From NCBI RefSeq assembly GCF_001457595.1, contig NZ_LN831039.1, positions 2,250,001-2,282,000 of the forward strand: a DNA stretch of 32,000 bases, given 5' to 3'. How positions within the stretch are numbered: the stretch's first letter is position 1; every line of letters begins with the position of its first letter. A program made the position numbers and the translations under genes. Shown here piece by piece: positions 1-7,360 of the stretch. The notes under the pieces were generated by a model that had not been told where the DNA came from, ran no database searches, and saw only the letters and a program-made list of their open reading frames with translations. The DNA comes from Mycolicibacterium smegmatis. Its GTDB lineage: Bacteria > Actinomycetota > Actinomycetes > Mycobacteriales > Mycobacteriaceae.

Positions 1-149
1 AGGCCCAGATCGCCGTAGACCTCCTTCAGCAGCACGGCGAGGTCGTATTCTTCCCCGGTGGGGCTGGGGGTTTCGATGACACGTTTGGCCAGGTCGACAA
101 TCAGCGATTCGTCGATCAGATCGGCGAATTTCTCGAAATCGAACTCCAC
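1..149 (-). CDS. M20-family peptidase/deacylase (ArgE/DapE-like), N-terminal fragment; gene continues past window start
   Basis: Hand translation of the minus strand from GTG (149-147) gives VEFDFEKFADLIDESLIVDLAKRVIETPSPTGEEYDLAVLLKEVYGDLG. The IETPSPTGEE segment is the usual N-terminal motif of M20 enzymes. AGGAG lies 7 nt upstream of the GTG. The ORF is open at the window edge, so it is absent from the ORF track. Confidence 0.5.
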   Translation of the reverse strand, partial: MEFDFEKFADLIDESLIVDLAKRVIETPSPTGEEYDLAVLLKEVYGDLG

Positions 150-200
150 TGCGGCACTCCTCTTACTCGTTGAAACTACGGAGAGACTGAATTTTTGGTG

Positions 201-980
201 TCAGAGATCGGACTGGTAGCGCGTGTAGCGGCCCCACACGTTCTCGAAGAGGTACTTGACCAACCGATCCGACAGGAATCCCATCAGCGAGATCACCGCC
301 AATGCGACGAACATTCGATCCGTTTGTCCCTGCAGCGACGACTGCTGTAGCAGCGCACCGACACCCCGTTGGGCCGCCAACAGCTCGGCGGGAACGATGG
401 TCATGAAGGCCGAGGCCACTCCGAGGCGCACTCCGGCGGCAATGTAGGGCACCGCCGAGGGCAGCACGATCCGGAAGAAGATGACTCCCTCGGAGGCTCC
501 GAAACAGCGGGCGGCCCGAACCCGGGTGCGGGGCGTGCCCGCCACCCCGGCGATGGTGTTCACCGTCACGAAGAACACCACGCCCCAGAACACCAGGAAG
601 TACTTGGAGTTCTCACCGATCCCGAACCACACGATCGAGATCGGGATCATCGCCGTCGGCGACAGGTTACGCATCAGCTGCATGACCGGATCAAGCAGTC
701 GCTCAATGACTTTGACCTGACCGATGAGGATGCCCATCACCACGCCGACGACGCTGCCTGCGATCAGTCCGACGTACACCCGGCGCAGCGAGGCGAGTAC
801 GTCGGGCCAGATGCGGCCGGTGCTGACCAACTCCCATGCCCGTGCGGCCACCTGCTGCGGCGGCGGCACGAGGGCCGGGTTGAACAGCGTCATCGACAGG
901 ATCCACCAGACGGTGACGAAGATGGCCAACGAGGCGAGCGTCCATGCGACCGTTCGCAGTGCTTCACGCATGGGCGGCAC
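201..980 (-). CDS. ABC transporter permease, nitrate/sulfonate/taurine (SsuC/TauC-like) family
   Basis: 259-aa ORF with multiple hydrophobic spans. It carries the EAA-type loop ARCFGASEGVIFFRIVLPSAVPYIAAGVRLG typical of this permease family. It overlaps the upstream ATPase gene by 17 nt. Confidence 0.9.
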   Translation of the reverse strand: MPPMREALRTVAWTLASLAIFVTVWWILSMTLFNPALVPPPQQVAARAWELVSTGRIWPDVLASLRRVYVGLIAGSVVGVVMGILIGQVKVIERLLDPVMQLMRNLSPTAMIPISIVWFGIGENSKYFLVFWGVVFFVTVNTIAGVAGTPRTRVRAARCFGASEGVIFFRIVLPSAVPYIAAGVRLGVASAFMTIVPAELLAAQRGVGALLQQSSLQGQTDRMFVALAVISLMGFLSDRLVKYLFENVWGRYTRYQSDL

Positions 981-1785
981 TCCCCAACGACCGGCCGATG
1001 GTGTCGATCAGCGTCGACAGCTCGGGATCGGTGGTGCTTCGTGGCCGGTCCGCCGGAATGTCGAAGCGGTGCTTGATCTTGGCGCGGGGCCCGGTGCTCA
1101 TCACATAGACGGTGTCCGAGAGCAGCACTGCCTCGCCGACATCGTGGGTGACGAACACGACGGTCTTTCCGCTTCCCGCCCAGATCCGCAACAATTCGCG
1201 CTGCATCACCTCTCGGGTGATCGCGTCCAACGCACCGAACGGCTCGTCCATCAGCAGCACCGCCGGATCGACCGACAGCGCCCGGGCCAGTTGCAGCTTC
1301 TGGCGCATACCCCCGGACAGCTGCGGGGGAATGGAGTCGCGGTGCCGGTCGAGCCCGACCATGGTCAGCAGTTCATCCACCCGGGCGGGCCAATCCGAGC
1401 GTGGGACATGCGCCAGGGACAGCGCGAACTCGACGTTGGCCTGCACCGTGCGCCAGGGCAACAGTGCCTGCAACGAGTCCTGAAAGCACATGACGCGTTG
1501 CGGTGAGGGCCCGTTGATCGGTTCGCCCTGGAATTCGACGCCACCCGAATCGGGCAGATCGAAACCGGCTAGCATGTTCAGCAGGGTCGACTTGCCGCAA
1601 CCCGACGGTCCGAGCAGGCTGACAAATTCTCCCTCCCGTATATCGACGGAGCATTCCGACAGCACGTCATTGTGATTGTTCTTGACCGAAAAACGCTTCG
1701 TCACCCGATCGGCCCGCAGGATGAACTGCTCGCCGGATTGTTTCTGCCGCTTGGTGTCGCCGCCCGTATCGCGACCGACGTTCAT
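964..1785 (-). CDS. ABC transporter ATP-binding protein (SsuB/TauB-like)
   Basis: Walker A LLGPSGCGKST, ABC signature LSGGMRQKL and Walker B LLMDEPFGALD. The ORF track opens at 1824 (GTG) with no SD. The ATG at 1785 has GGAGG 9 nt upstream, so I prefer 1785. Confidence 0.9.
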   Translation of the reverse strand: MNVGRDTGGDTKRQKQSGEQFILRADRVTKRFSVKNNHNDVLSECSVDIREGEFVSLLGPSGCGKSTLLNMLAGFDLPDSGGVEFQGEPINGPSPQRVMCFQDSLQALLPWRTVQANVEFALSLAHVPRSDWPARVDELLTMVGLDRHRDSIPPQLSGGMRQKLQLARALSVDPAVLLMDEPFGALDAITREVMQRELLRIWAGSGKTVVFVTHDVGEAVLLSDTVYVMSTGPRAKIKHRFDIPADRPRSTTDPELSTLIDTIGRSLGSAAHA

Positions 1786-1836
1786 ACCCGGATACCTCCA
1801 CAGTGTGGTAATCGCCTTTGACACAGCACAACCGGT

Positions 1837-2904
1837 TTATTGAACCCGCGGCAGAACCTTTTCGCCGATCAGCTTGATCTGGGCTTCCCGATCGTCACCC
1901 CACAGCTCCAGCTGGACGTGCCGGCAACCGCTGTCGCGATGCTCGATGATCAGATCGGCGACCTCTTCGGGCGTGCCCGCAATGACCTTGGTCTTGTCCA
2001 TGATCTCGTCGGTGACGACATCGGGGATGACCTTGTTGCCGCCCCGTTCGATCGCCTCCACGACGGGCATCAACTCGGCCGGGCTCAAGCCCGCCTTCTC
2101 GAACAGCACGTCGCCAGAACCACGGATATTGCGGGCCTTGTTGATCAGATACCGCCCCAACAATTCTCGCGCCCCTCGGCGTCCGGACTCACGGTCAGGA
2201 CCGCAGCTGGCGATCAAGGTGGCACCCAGATCCAGCTCCTCCACCTTGCGGTTGGCCTTCTCCGCACCCCGGCGCATGTGCTCGATCGCGTACGGGTAGA
2301 ACGCGGGTGAGGTCAGGCTCGGTGTGATCAACCCGTCGGCCAGCTCGCCGGCGGTCTGCATCATTCGCGGGCCGCCACCGCCGACATATAGCGGAATCTT
2401 CCAGTCGGGAACCTCTGCATTCGGGTCGAGTTCTGGTGCAGTAGCGATATATTCGCGCCCGACGAAATCGACCTTCTTCCCGTCGAGAGTAGCTCGCACG
2501 ATACGCAGCGTCTCCTCGACATTGGTGCGCGGCCTGCTCTTCGTGTCGTCACCCTGTCCGATGGCGTTCATAAGGATCTTTGATGCGCCTATGCCGCAGT
2601 AGAATCGGTCCGGGCCAGCCATCTCCTGAACCACCCGGACGTCCATCGCGGTGACCAAGGGATGGCGGGCGTAGCTGCCGATGATCCCCCATCCGATCTT
2701 GAGGTTGGTCGTGGCCTGGGCCAGCAGTGGCGCCAACGCCGTTGCTGAGCGGACCTCTACGCCATGCGTCCGCCACCACGGGTAGGCCTCGGCCAGCCAC
2801 AGGCTGTCAAATCCGTAGTGATCCAGCGCTTTTGCAGTCTCCAGCATCTTCGACACCGGCTCCATCGTGAGCTGCATGACGCCGACTTGGAATGGAACAG
2901 TCAT
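1837..2904 (-). CDS. LLM-class (luciferase-like) flavin/F420-dependent oxidoreductase
   Basis: 355-aa ORF. The N-terminus ...LDHYGFDSLWLAEAY... and the overall pattern are typical of luciferase-like TIM-barrel oxidoreductases. GGAGGA lies just upstream of the ATG at 2904. Confidence 0.85.
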   Translation of the reverse strand: MTVPFQVGVMQLTMEPVSKMLETAKALDHYGFDSLWLAEAYPWWRTHGVEVRSATALAPLLAQATTNLKIGWGIIGSYARHPLVTAMDVRVVQEMAGPDRFYCGIGASKILMNAIGQGDDTKSRPRTNVEETLRIVRATLDGKKVDFVGREYIATAPELDPNAEVPDWKIPLYVGGGGPRMMQTAGELADGLITPSLTSPAFYPYAIEHMRRGAEKANRKVEELDLGATLIASCGPDRESGRRGARELLGRYLINKARNIRGSGDVLFEKAGLSPAELMPVVEAIERGGNKVIPDVVTDEIMDKTKVIAGTPEEVADLIIEHRDSGCRHVQLELWGDDREAQIKLIGEKVLPRVQ

Positions 2905-2993
2905 TCATCCTCCTGGTCAATCCCATCGTGGATGGGCACACGGGGAAACACGCCTGCCGACAACAGCCAGGAGACCGAGATGACTTGTGCTGC

Positions 2994-3013
2994 AACATGA
3001 CCGATGTCATGTT
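2994..3013. promoter_or_regulatory. 8-bp inverted repeat AACATGAC-cgat-GTCATGTT in the spacer between the MocR stop and the LLM start
   Basis: Read directly: 2994-3001 is the reverse complement of 3006-3013. It lies about 90-110 nt upstream of the LLM start codon. It could be an operator or the stem of a terminator for the MocR gene. Confidence 0.35.
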
Positions 3014-3098
3014 ACGGCTGGTCGAGAAGTCGGGAACTCGGTCCAGTGTGGCCGTCCTCACATGACCGTATCGTTCCGGAATACATGCAACAATAGCG

Positions 3099-3116
3099 AT
3101 TTGTTCTGTTACAAAT
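3099..3116. promoter_or_regulatory. AT-rich inverted repeat ATTTGT-tctgtt-ACAAAT containing the 9-mer TTTGTTCTG (3100-3108)
   Basis: Read directly. The same 9-mer recurs at 4488-4496 upstream of the MocR start. The site touches the MocR stop codon (3116-3118). Confidence 0.4.
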
Positions 3117-4465
3117 CACCGCACGGTGGAGTGCCAGCCCCCGGCATGCGCGGCGCGCACCACGCGCTCGGCGACATCCTCGACGTCACCGGTGACCAGT
3201 CCCACCGTGATTCGCACATGCGGTTTTTCACCGGGACCCACAGTGAACAGGTGTCCGGGGGCTGCGCCCACACCTTCGACCGCCATGCGCATCAATGCCG
3301 CCGACTCGTCCTGAACCGGAACCCAGGCGTTGAGCCCATCGTGCCCGACTGTGCGGATCTCGTGCTCGGCCAGGACCGAGGCGAACGAAGTCTGCCGGCG
3401 TGCGTACTCGGCCCGCGCGTGTTCCACCTGGGCGGTGACCCGGGGATCAAGCAGCAGCTCTCGCAGCACCCGCTGCAACAACCAACTGGTCCAGCCCTGT
3501 CCGAGGTTTCGCAGATGCCCGATTCCGGCGATGACGTCCTCGGGACCGCCCATGGCGGCCAACCGCAGATCCGGTCCATGCGACTTCGAGTAACTGCGGA
3601 CATGCACGGTCTGTCCGGGGAGTAGCTTGCCCAGAGTCACCTCGCGGGCGGCCGAGATGGCGCTGCCGCACTCGTCTTCGACCACCAACGTTTCGGTGTT
3701 CTTGACGATGTTGGCCAGAAGCCGGGCCCGCGGTGTCGTCATGGCGATCCCGGTCGGGTTGTGCGCCCGCGGTTGCAGAAACACCATCTGTGTCGGCGTT
3801 CGCATCGCCGCGGCGAACGCTTCGGGAACCATCCCTTCCTCGTCCATCGGCACACCGACCGGTTCTATACCCGCCCAGACCAGCAGATCGAGCAGTCCGC
3901 GGACGGTCGGCGTCTCCACAATCACCCGGTCTCCCATCCGCAGTCGGCTGCGGATCAGCAGATCGAGGGCATCGAGCGCCCCGTCGACAACGGTGATCGC
4001 CGGCGGCTCGTACGGCCAGGTGGCCGTCAATACCTCCATCAAACTGGGGTCCACGGCGCCCTCGGTGTATCCGGACCGGCTCGCCCCGGTCAGAGCCCGT
4101 TGCACCGCCTGGGTGGTATCGGGCAACAGGCGCGGATCAGGTGCGCCCGTCGACAGGTCGAACTCGTAGGGGCGGTCGGCGTTGGCGGGATTCCGGTAGC
4201 GGACCTGACGTTGCGTGTGCAGATCCATGATGATCGTGCCCCGCCGCCCGGCGGTTTGAATGGTGCCGGCCCGGACCAGCAATGCCCAGGCCGCGCTCAC
4301 CGTCGTCGGCGAGAGAGCGAGTTGATGGGCCAACTCCCGGACCGGCGGTAGGCGATCCCCGGGACGTAGGACGCCCTCACGGATCGCTCTGGTGACTGCT
4401 TGAGACAGTCCTTTCGCGGACGAATCACTCAGTCGATTCTCGATCTCCGAGATGACGTCCAGCAT
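3116..4465 (-). CDS. MocR/PdxR-type regulator: GntR winged-HTH fused to a class-I aminotransferase-like (PLP) domain
   Basis: The N-terminus LPPVRELAHQLALSPTTVSAAWALLVRAG is a GntR HTH. The C-terminal domain has the aminotransferase lysine motif SYSKSHGPDLRLAAMGG. Confidence 0.9.
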   Translation of the reverse strand: MLDVISEIENRLSDSSAKGLSQAVTRAIREGVLRPGDRLPPVRELAHQLALSPTTVSAAWALLVRAGTIQTAGRRGTIIMDLHTQRQVRYRNPANADRPYEFDLSTGAPDPRLLPDTTQAVQRALTGASRSGYTEGAVDPSLMEVLTATWPYEPPAITVVDGALDALDLLIRSRLRMGDRVIVETPTVRGLLDLLVWAGIEPVGVPMDEEGMVPEAFAAAMRTPTQMVFLQPRAHNPTGIAMTTPRARLLANIVKNTETLVVEDECGSAISAAREVTLGKLLPGQTVHVRSYSKSHGPDLRLAAMGGPEDVIAGIGHLRNLGQGWTSWLLQRVLRELLLDPRVTAQVEHARAEYARRQTSFASVLAEHEIRTVGHDGLNAWVPVQDESAALMRMAVEGVGAAPGHLFTVGPGEKPHVRITVGLVTGDVEDVAERVVRAAHAGGWHSTVR

Positions 4466-4466
4466 G

Positions 4467-4496
4467 TTTGTACTGTAATGATTCTTTTTTGTTCTG
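4467..4496. promoter_or_regulatory. Two direct repeats TTTGTACTG (4467-4475) and TTTGTTCTG (4488-4496), 21 bp apart, in an AT-rich patch just upstream of the MocR start
   Basis: Read directly. In the MocR sense orientation they read CAGAACAAA ... CAGTACAAA. The patch is far more AT-rich than its surroundings. Candidate MocR operator/promoter. Confidence 0.4.
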
Positions 4497-4752
4497 GGAT
4501 GAAAACCGCGATGGTCCGATGCCGCCGCCGCGTAACAACCCAGCGCTACGCCGACCAGTGCTCGTTGCCTTTCCCGCCTGATGTGAGTTCATGGCAGACC
4601 GGTTACCGGCGATCACCGTGGCGCTTCCACCGAAAGCGATGTTGCGCGGCGTCAAACACAGCCCTCTGCGCCATGACCGACACAAACCTGCGCCAGCAAT
4701 TTTCATAGCCCCAGCTCGCAACGATTGGAACTCGAAAACCCTACGGGGTGCC

Positions 4753-5718
4753 CTAACTCGACGCGTCACGTTCCCGACGGGCCTTGGCACGCCGCTTGCC
4801 TTCGTGCATTGCGGCCACCCGCGCGACGGGAATCGTGTGGCCCTGCTCGATGAGGTCGGCCGGTAGGCGTTGTGGGGCAGGCATTGCGTCGGTCCACGAC
4901 GTGCGGCCGGCGAGCGCGTCGATCGCGGTGTGCACGGTGAAATCGCCTGGCGTGACGCGGTCCAACTCCGACCAGTCCACGGGGAACGACACCGGCAGGC
5001 CGGGCCGTAGTCGCGGACTGTAGGCCGCGGCTACGGTGGCCCCGCCGGAGCGGGTGGCGTCCACGAACACCTTGCCCTCGCGGTCCTCCACGATGAACGC
5101 CGTCGTCGCGATCGCGGGATCCAACGCCTCGGCACGCGCTGCGAGTGCGCGCGTCGCCGCGGCGACATCGTCGACGGGCGGGTGGGTGTCGATGGGGACG
5201 AAGATGTGTACACCGCGCGATCCGCTGGTCTTGACGGCCCCGGAAAGTCCGCAGTTCGACAGCGCGGTTCGCACGAGATGTGCCACGGCCACCACGGCGG
5301 AGAAATCACCGCCGTCGGGCGGATCGAGATCGAGTACCAGATGGGTGGGCTGGTAGATGTTGTCGGCCGGTCCCAGTGCCGGGTGGTATTCGACCGCACG
5401 CTGATTGGCCAGCCACAACAGCGTGCGCCGGTCATCGCAGACGATGTAACGGATCTCGCGCTTCGACGACTCGGCCCACATGGGTACGGTACGTACCCAG
5501 TTGGGTGCGTACTTGGGAATGTTCTTCTGTACGAACGGTTTCTGGCCCCGCAACGTCCTGATCACCGTCAGTGGACGATTGGCGAGCGCCGGCAGGATGT
5601 GGTCGGCGACGGCATCGAGATAGTCCACGAGATCGCGTTTGGTGGCGCCGATGCCGGGCGCCAGGGGGTCGTCGAGGTGCGTGAGGTCGACACCGGCGCG
5701 CTGCTCTGGGCCACTCAT
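4753..5718 (-). CDS. Stand-alone LigD-type polymerase/primase (archaeo-eukaryotic primase superfamily, NHEJ PolDom-like)
   Basis: 321-aa ORF with the catalytic acidic motif HLVLDLDP and the SGSRGVHIFVP motif characteristic of LigD POL domains. No ligase or nuclease domain is fused, and no ku gene is adjacent. Confidence 0.85.
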   Translation of the reverse strand: MSGPEQRAGVDLTHLDDPLAPGIGATKRDLVDYLDAVADHILPALANRPLTVIRTLRGQKPFVQKNIPKYAPNWVRTVPMWAESSKREIRYIVCDDRRTLLWLANQRAVEYHPALGPADNIYQPTHLVLDLDPPDGGDFSAVVAVAHLVRTALSNCGLSGAVKTSGSRGVHIFVPIDTHPPVDDVAAATRALAARAEALDPAIATTAFIVEDREGKVFVDATRSGGATVAAAYSPRLRPGLPVSFPVDWSELDRVTPGDFTVHTAIDALAGRTSWTDAMPAPQRLPADLIEQGHTIPVARVAAMHEGKRRAKARRERDASS

Positions 5719-5899
5719 TGCGCCACCTTAACGGCGCGCTCGGGGTGTATAGCAGGTGCCGGCATGATCAGTCGGTTGCGACACGGTCACGGATGGATCG
5801 CTTTTGATGGCTCAATGATCACAAATGCCTCAGTGATCACTATCGTCACAAGCGCCCACTCTAGACGTCGGTGCGACGTCCCGCTCCGGAAGGTGTGAC

Positions 5900-7360
5900 A
5901 TGTCGCGACGTCCCCACGCTCCGACGCTGACCCCCATGGTCGCCATGGCGGCCTTCGCCGCGGTCGGCCTCACTGCGGCGATCACCGTGGCGCCGCCTGC
6001 TGCTGCCGAACCATGCACGGGCGCGGCCGCGGCGATCCAACCGCCGGCCAACCAGGGCCCCGCGCCCGCGCTGCCCGGGCTCACCGGCGGTCCGCCGCGC
6101 GGCCACCGGCCCTCTGGTGCGAACGACGACGCGCCGTTGCCGAGGCTCGGGCAACTTTCTCGCGACCTGCTCAAGGCCGTGACGCCGCGCTCGGGGCAGG
6201 TGCGACAGCAGGCGGGCGTCCTGCCACAGCCACAACCGCAGCCACAACCGCAGCCGCAACCGGCGCCCCAGCCGCAGGTGCAGGCGCAGCCCGCGCCCGC
6301 GCCCGCGCCGCCACCGTCGCCGCCGGGCACTACGCTCGTCGGGTGGGTGACCGGACCGGAGAGCCCCAACGACACCGCGCGCAAGTTCGCGATCACCGGC
6401 ACCGACCTCGGGATCATGTGGGACAACGGCAATCCCGGTGCGCGTCAGGTGCTCATGGCCTTCGGCGACACCTACGGCTACTGCAGCGTCCGCGGTCAGC
6501 AGTGGCGGTACAACGTGTTGTTCCGCAGCCAGGACGGGGCACTGTCGAACACCATCGCCGTGCCGAACGGCGTTGCCCGCAACAACTTCTCGGGGTCACC
6601 GGTGTTGGCGCCCGGGATCTCCAAGCAGATCATCAACAGCACCAAGTGGGCGGCGACCGAGAAAGGCATCATCCCGACCGCGGGTGTGTCGGTGGGCACG
6701 ACGCAGTACCTGAACTTCATGTCCATCCGGAACTGGGACAGCGACGGCCGGTGGTCCACCAACTACTCGGCGATCGCGGTCTCGCCGGACAACGGCGAGA
6801 ACTGGGGTGTGTATCCCGGCACCGTGCGTACGCCGGGCGACGGTCTGGTGTCGGGTGCCCGCTACGTGCGTGGCAACGAGAACTTCCAGCAGGCCGCGTT
6901 CCTCAAACCCGGCCCGGGTGACCAGTATCTGTACATGTTCGGCACGCCGTCCGGGCGTGGGGGCGCGGCGTTCATCGCGCGGGTCGCGCCGGGGGCCGTG
7001 CCCGATCTCAACCGGTACGAGTACTGGAACTCGAACTCCAACTCGTGGGTGCCGCGCGATCCGGGGGCGGCGACGCCGGTGATCCCCGGTCCGGTGGGTG
7101 AGCTCTCGGCGCAGTACAACACGTATCTCAAGCAGTACGTCGTGTTGTACTGCAACGGCGCCAACGATGTGGTGATGCGCACGGCGCCTGCGCCACAGGG
7201 CCCGTGGAGTCCCGAACAGTTGCTGGTGCCCTCGATGCAGTACCCGGGCGGCATCTACGCGCCGTTCCTGCACCCGTGGTCGACGGGTAAGGAACTGTAC
7301 TTCAATCTGTCATTGTGGTCGGCCTACAACGTCATGTTGATGAGGACGGTTCTGCCCTAG
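5900..7360 (+). CDS. Secreted DUF4185-family protein (GH183-like putative endo-D-arabinanase) with N-terminal signal peptide and PQ/PA linker
   Basis: The N-terminus MSRRPHAPTLTPMVAMAAFAAVGLTAAITVAPPAAA looks like a signal peptide. A low-complexity run PQPQPQPQPQPQPAPQPQVQAQPAPAPAPPPSPP follows. The globular domain begins FAITGTDLGIMWDNG...MAFGDTYG, as recalled for DUF4185. GGAAGG lies 6 nt upstream of the ATG. Confidence 0.8.
   Translation: MSRRPHAPTLTPMVAMAAFAAVGLTAAITVAPPAAAEPCTGAAAAIQPPANQGPAPALPGLTGGPPRGHRPSGANDDAPLPRLGQLSRDLLKAVTPRSGQVRQQAGVLPQPQPQPQPQPQPAPQPQVQAQPAPAPAPPPSPPGTTLVGWVTGPESPNDTARKFAITGTDLGIMWDNGNPGARQVLMAFGDTYGYCSVRGQQWRYNVLFRSQDGALSNTIAVPNGVARNNFSGSPVLAPGISKQIINSTKWAATEKGIIPTAGVSVGTTQYLNFMSIRNWDSDGRWSTNYSAIAVSPDNGENWGVYPGTVRTPGDGLVSGARYVRGNENFQQAAFLKPGPGDQYLYMFGTPSGRGGAAFIARVAPGAVPDLNRYEYWNSNSNSWVPRDPGAATPVIPGPVGELSAQYNTYLKQYVVLYCNGANDVVMRTAPAPQGPWSPEQLLVPSMQYPGGIYAPFLHPWSTGKELYFNLSLWSAYNVMLMRTVLP
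6224..6325 (+). repeat. Coding low-complexity (CCN-CAR)n / (GCG-CCC)n microsatellite-like tract encoding the PQ/PA linker
   Basis: Read directly: cca cag cca caa ccg cag cca caa ccg cag ccg caa ccg ... ccc gcg ccc gcg ccc gcg. It includes a 12-nt unit (ccacaaccgcag) repeated in tandem. Confidence 0.8.

Noticed and set aside
369-1506. Long plus-strand ORFs (369-1076, 724-1506) antisense to the ABC permease and ATPase genes
   Set aside because: The translations are Arg/Gly/His/Pro-rich and low-complexity, typical of shadow ORFs in high-GC DNA. The opposite strand carries clear ABC motifs.
4400-4708. 102-aa plus ORF (inner ATG gives a 69-aa Cys/Arg-rich peptide) in the MocR upstream spacer
   Set aside because: Third-position GC is only moderate by hand count. 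There is no SD, and the composition looks like non-coding DNA. I kept it only as part of the long-spacer observation.
5830-6432. 200-aa minus-strand ORF with a GCGCGCGCGCG-type translation
   Set aside because: It is the antisense reading of the PQ/PA linker and signal-peptide region of the DUF4185 gene. There is no independent coding signal.
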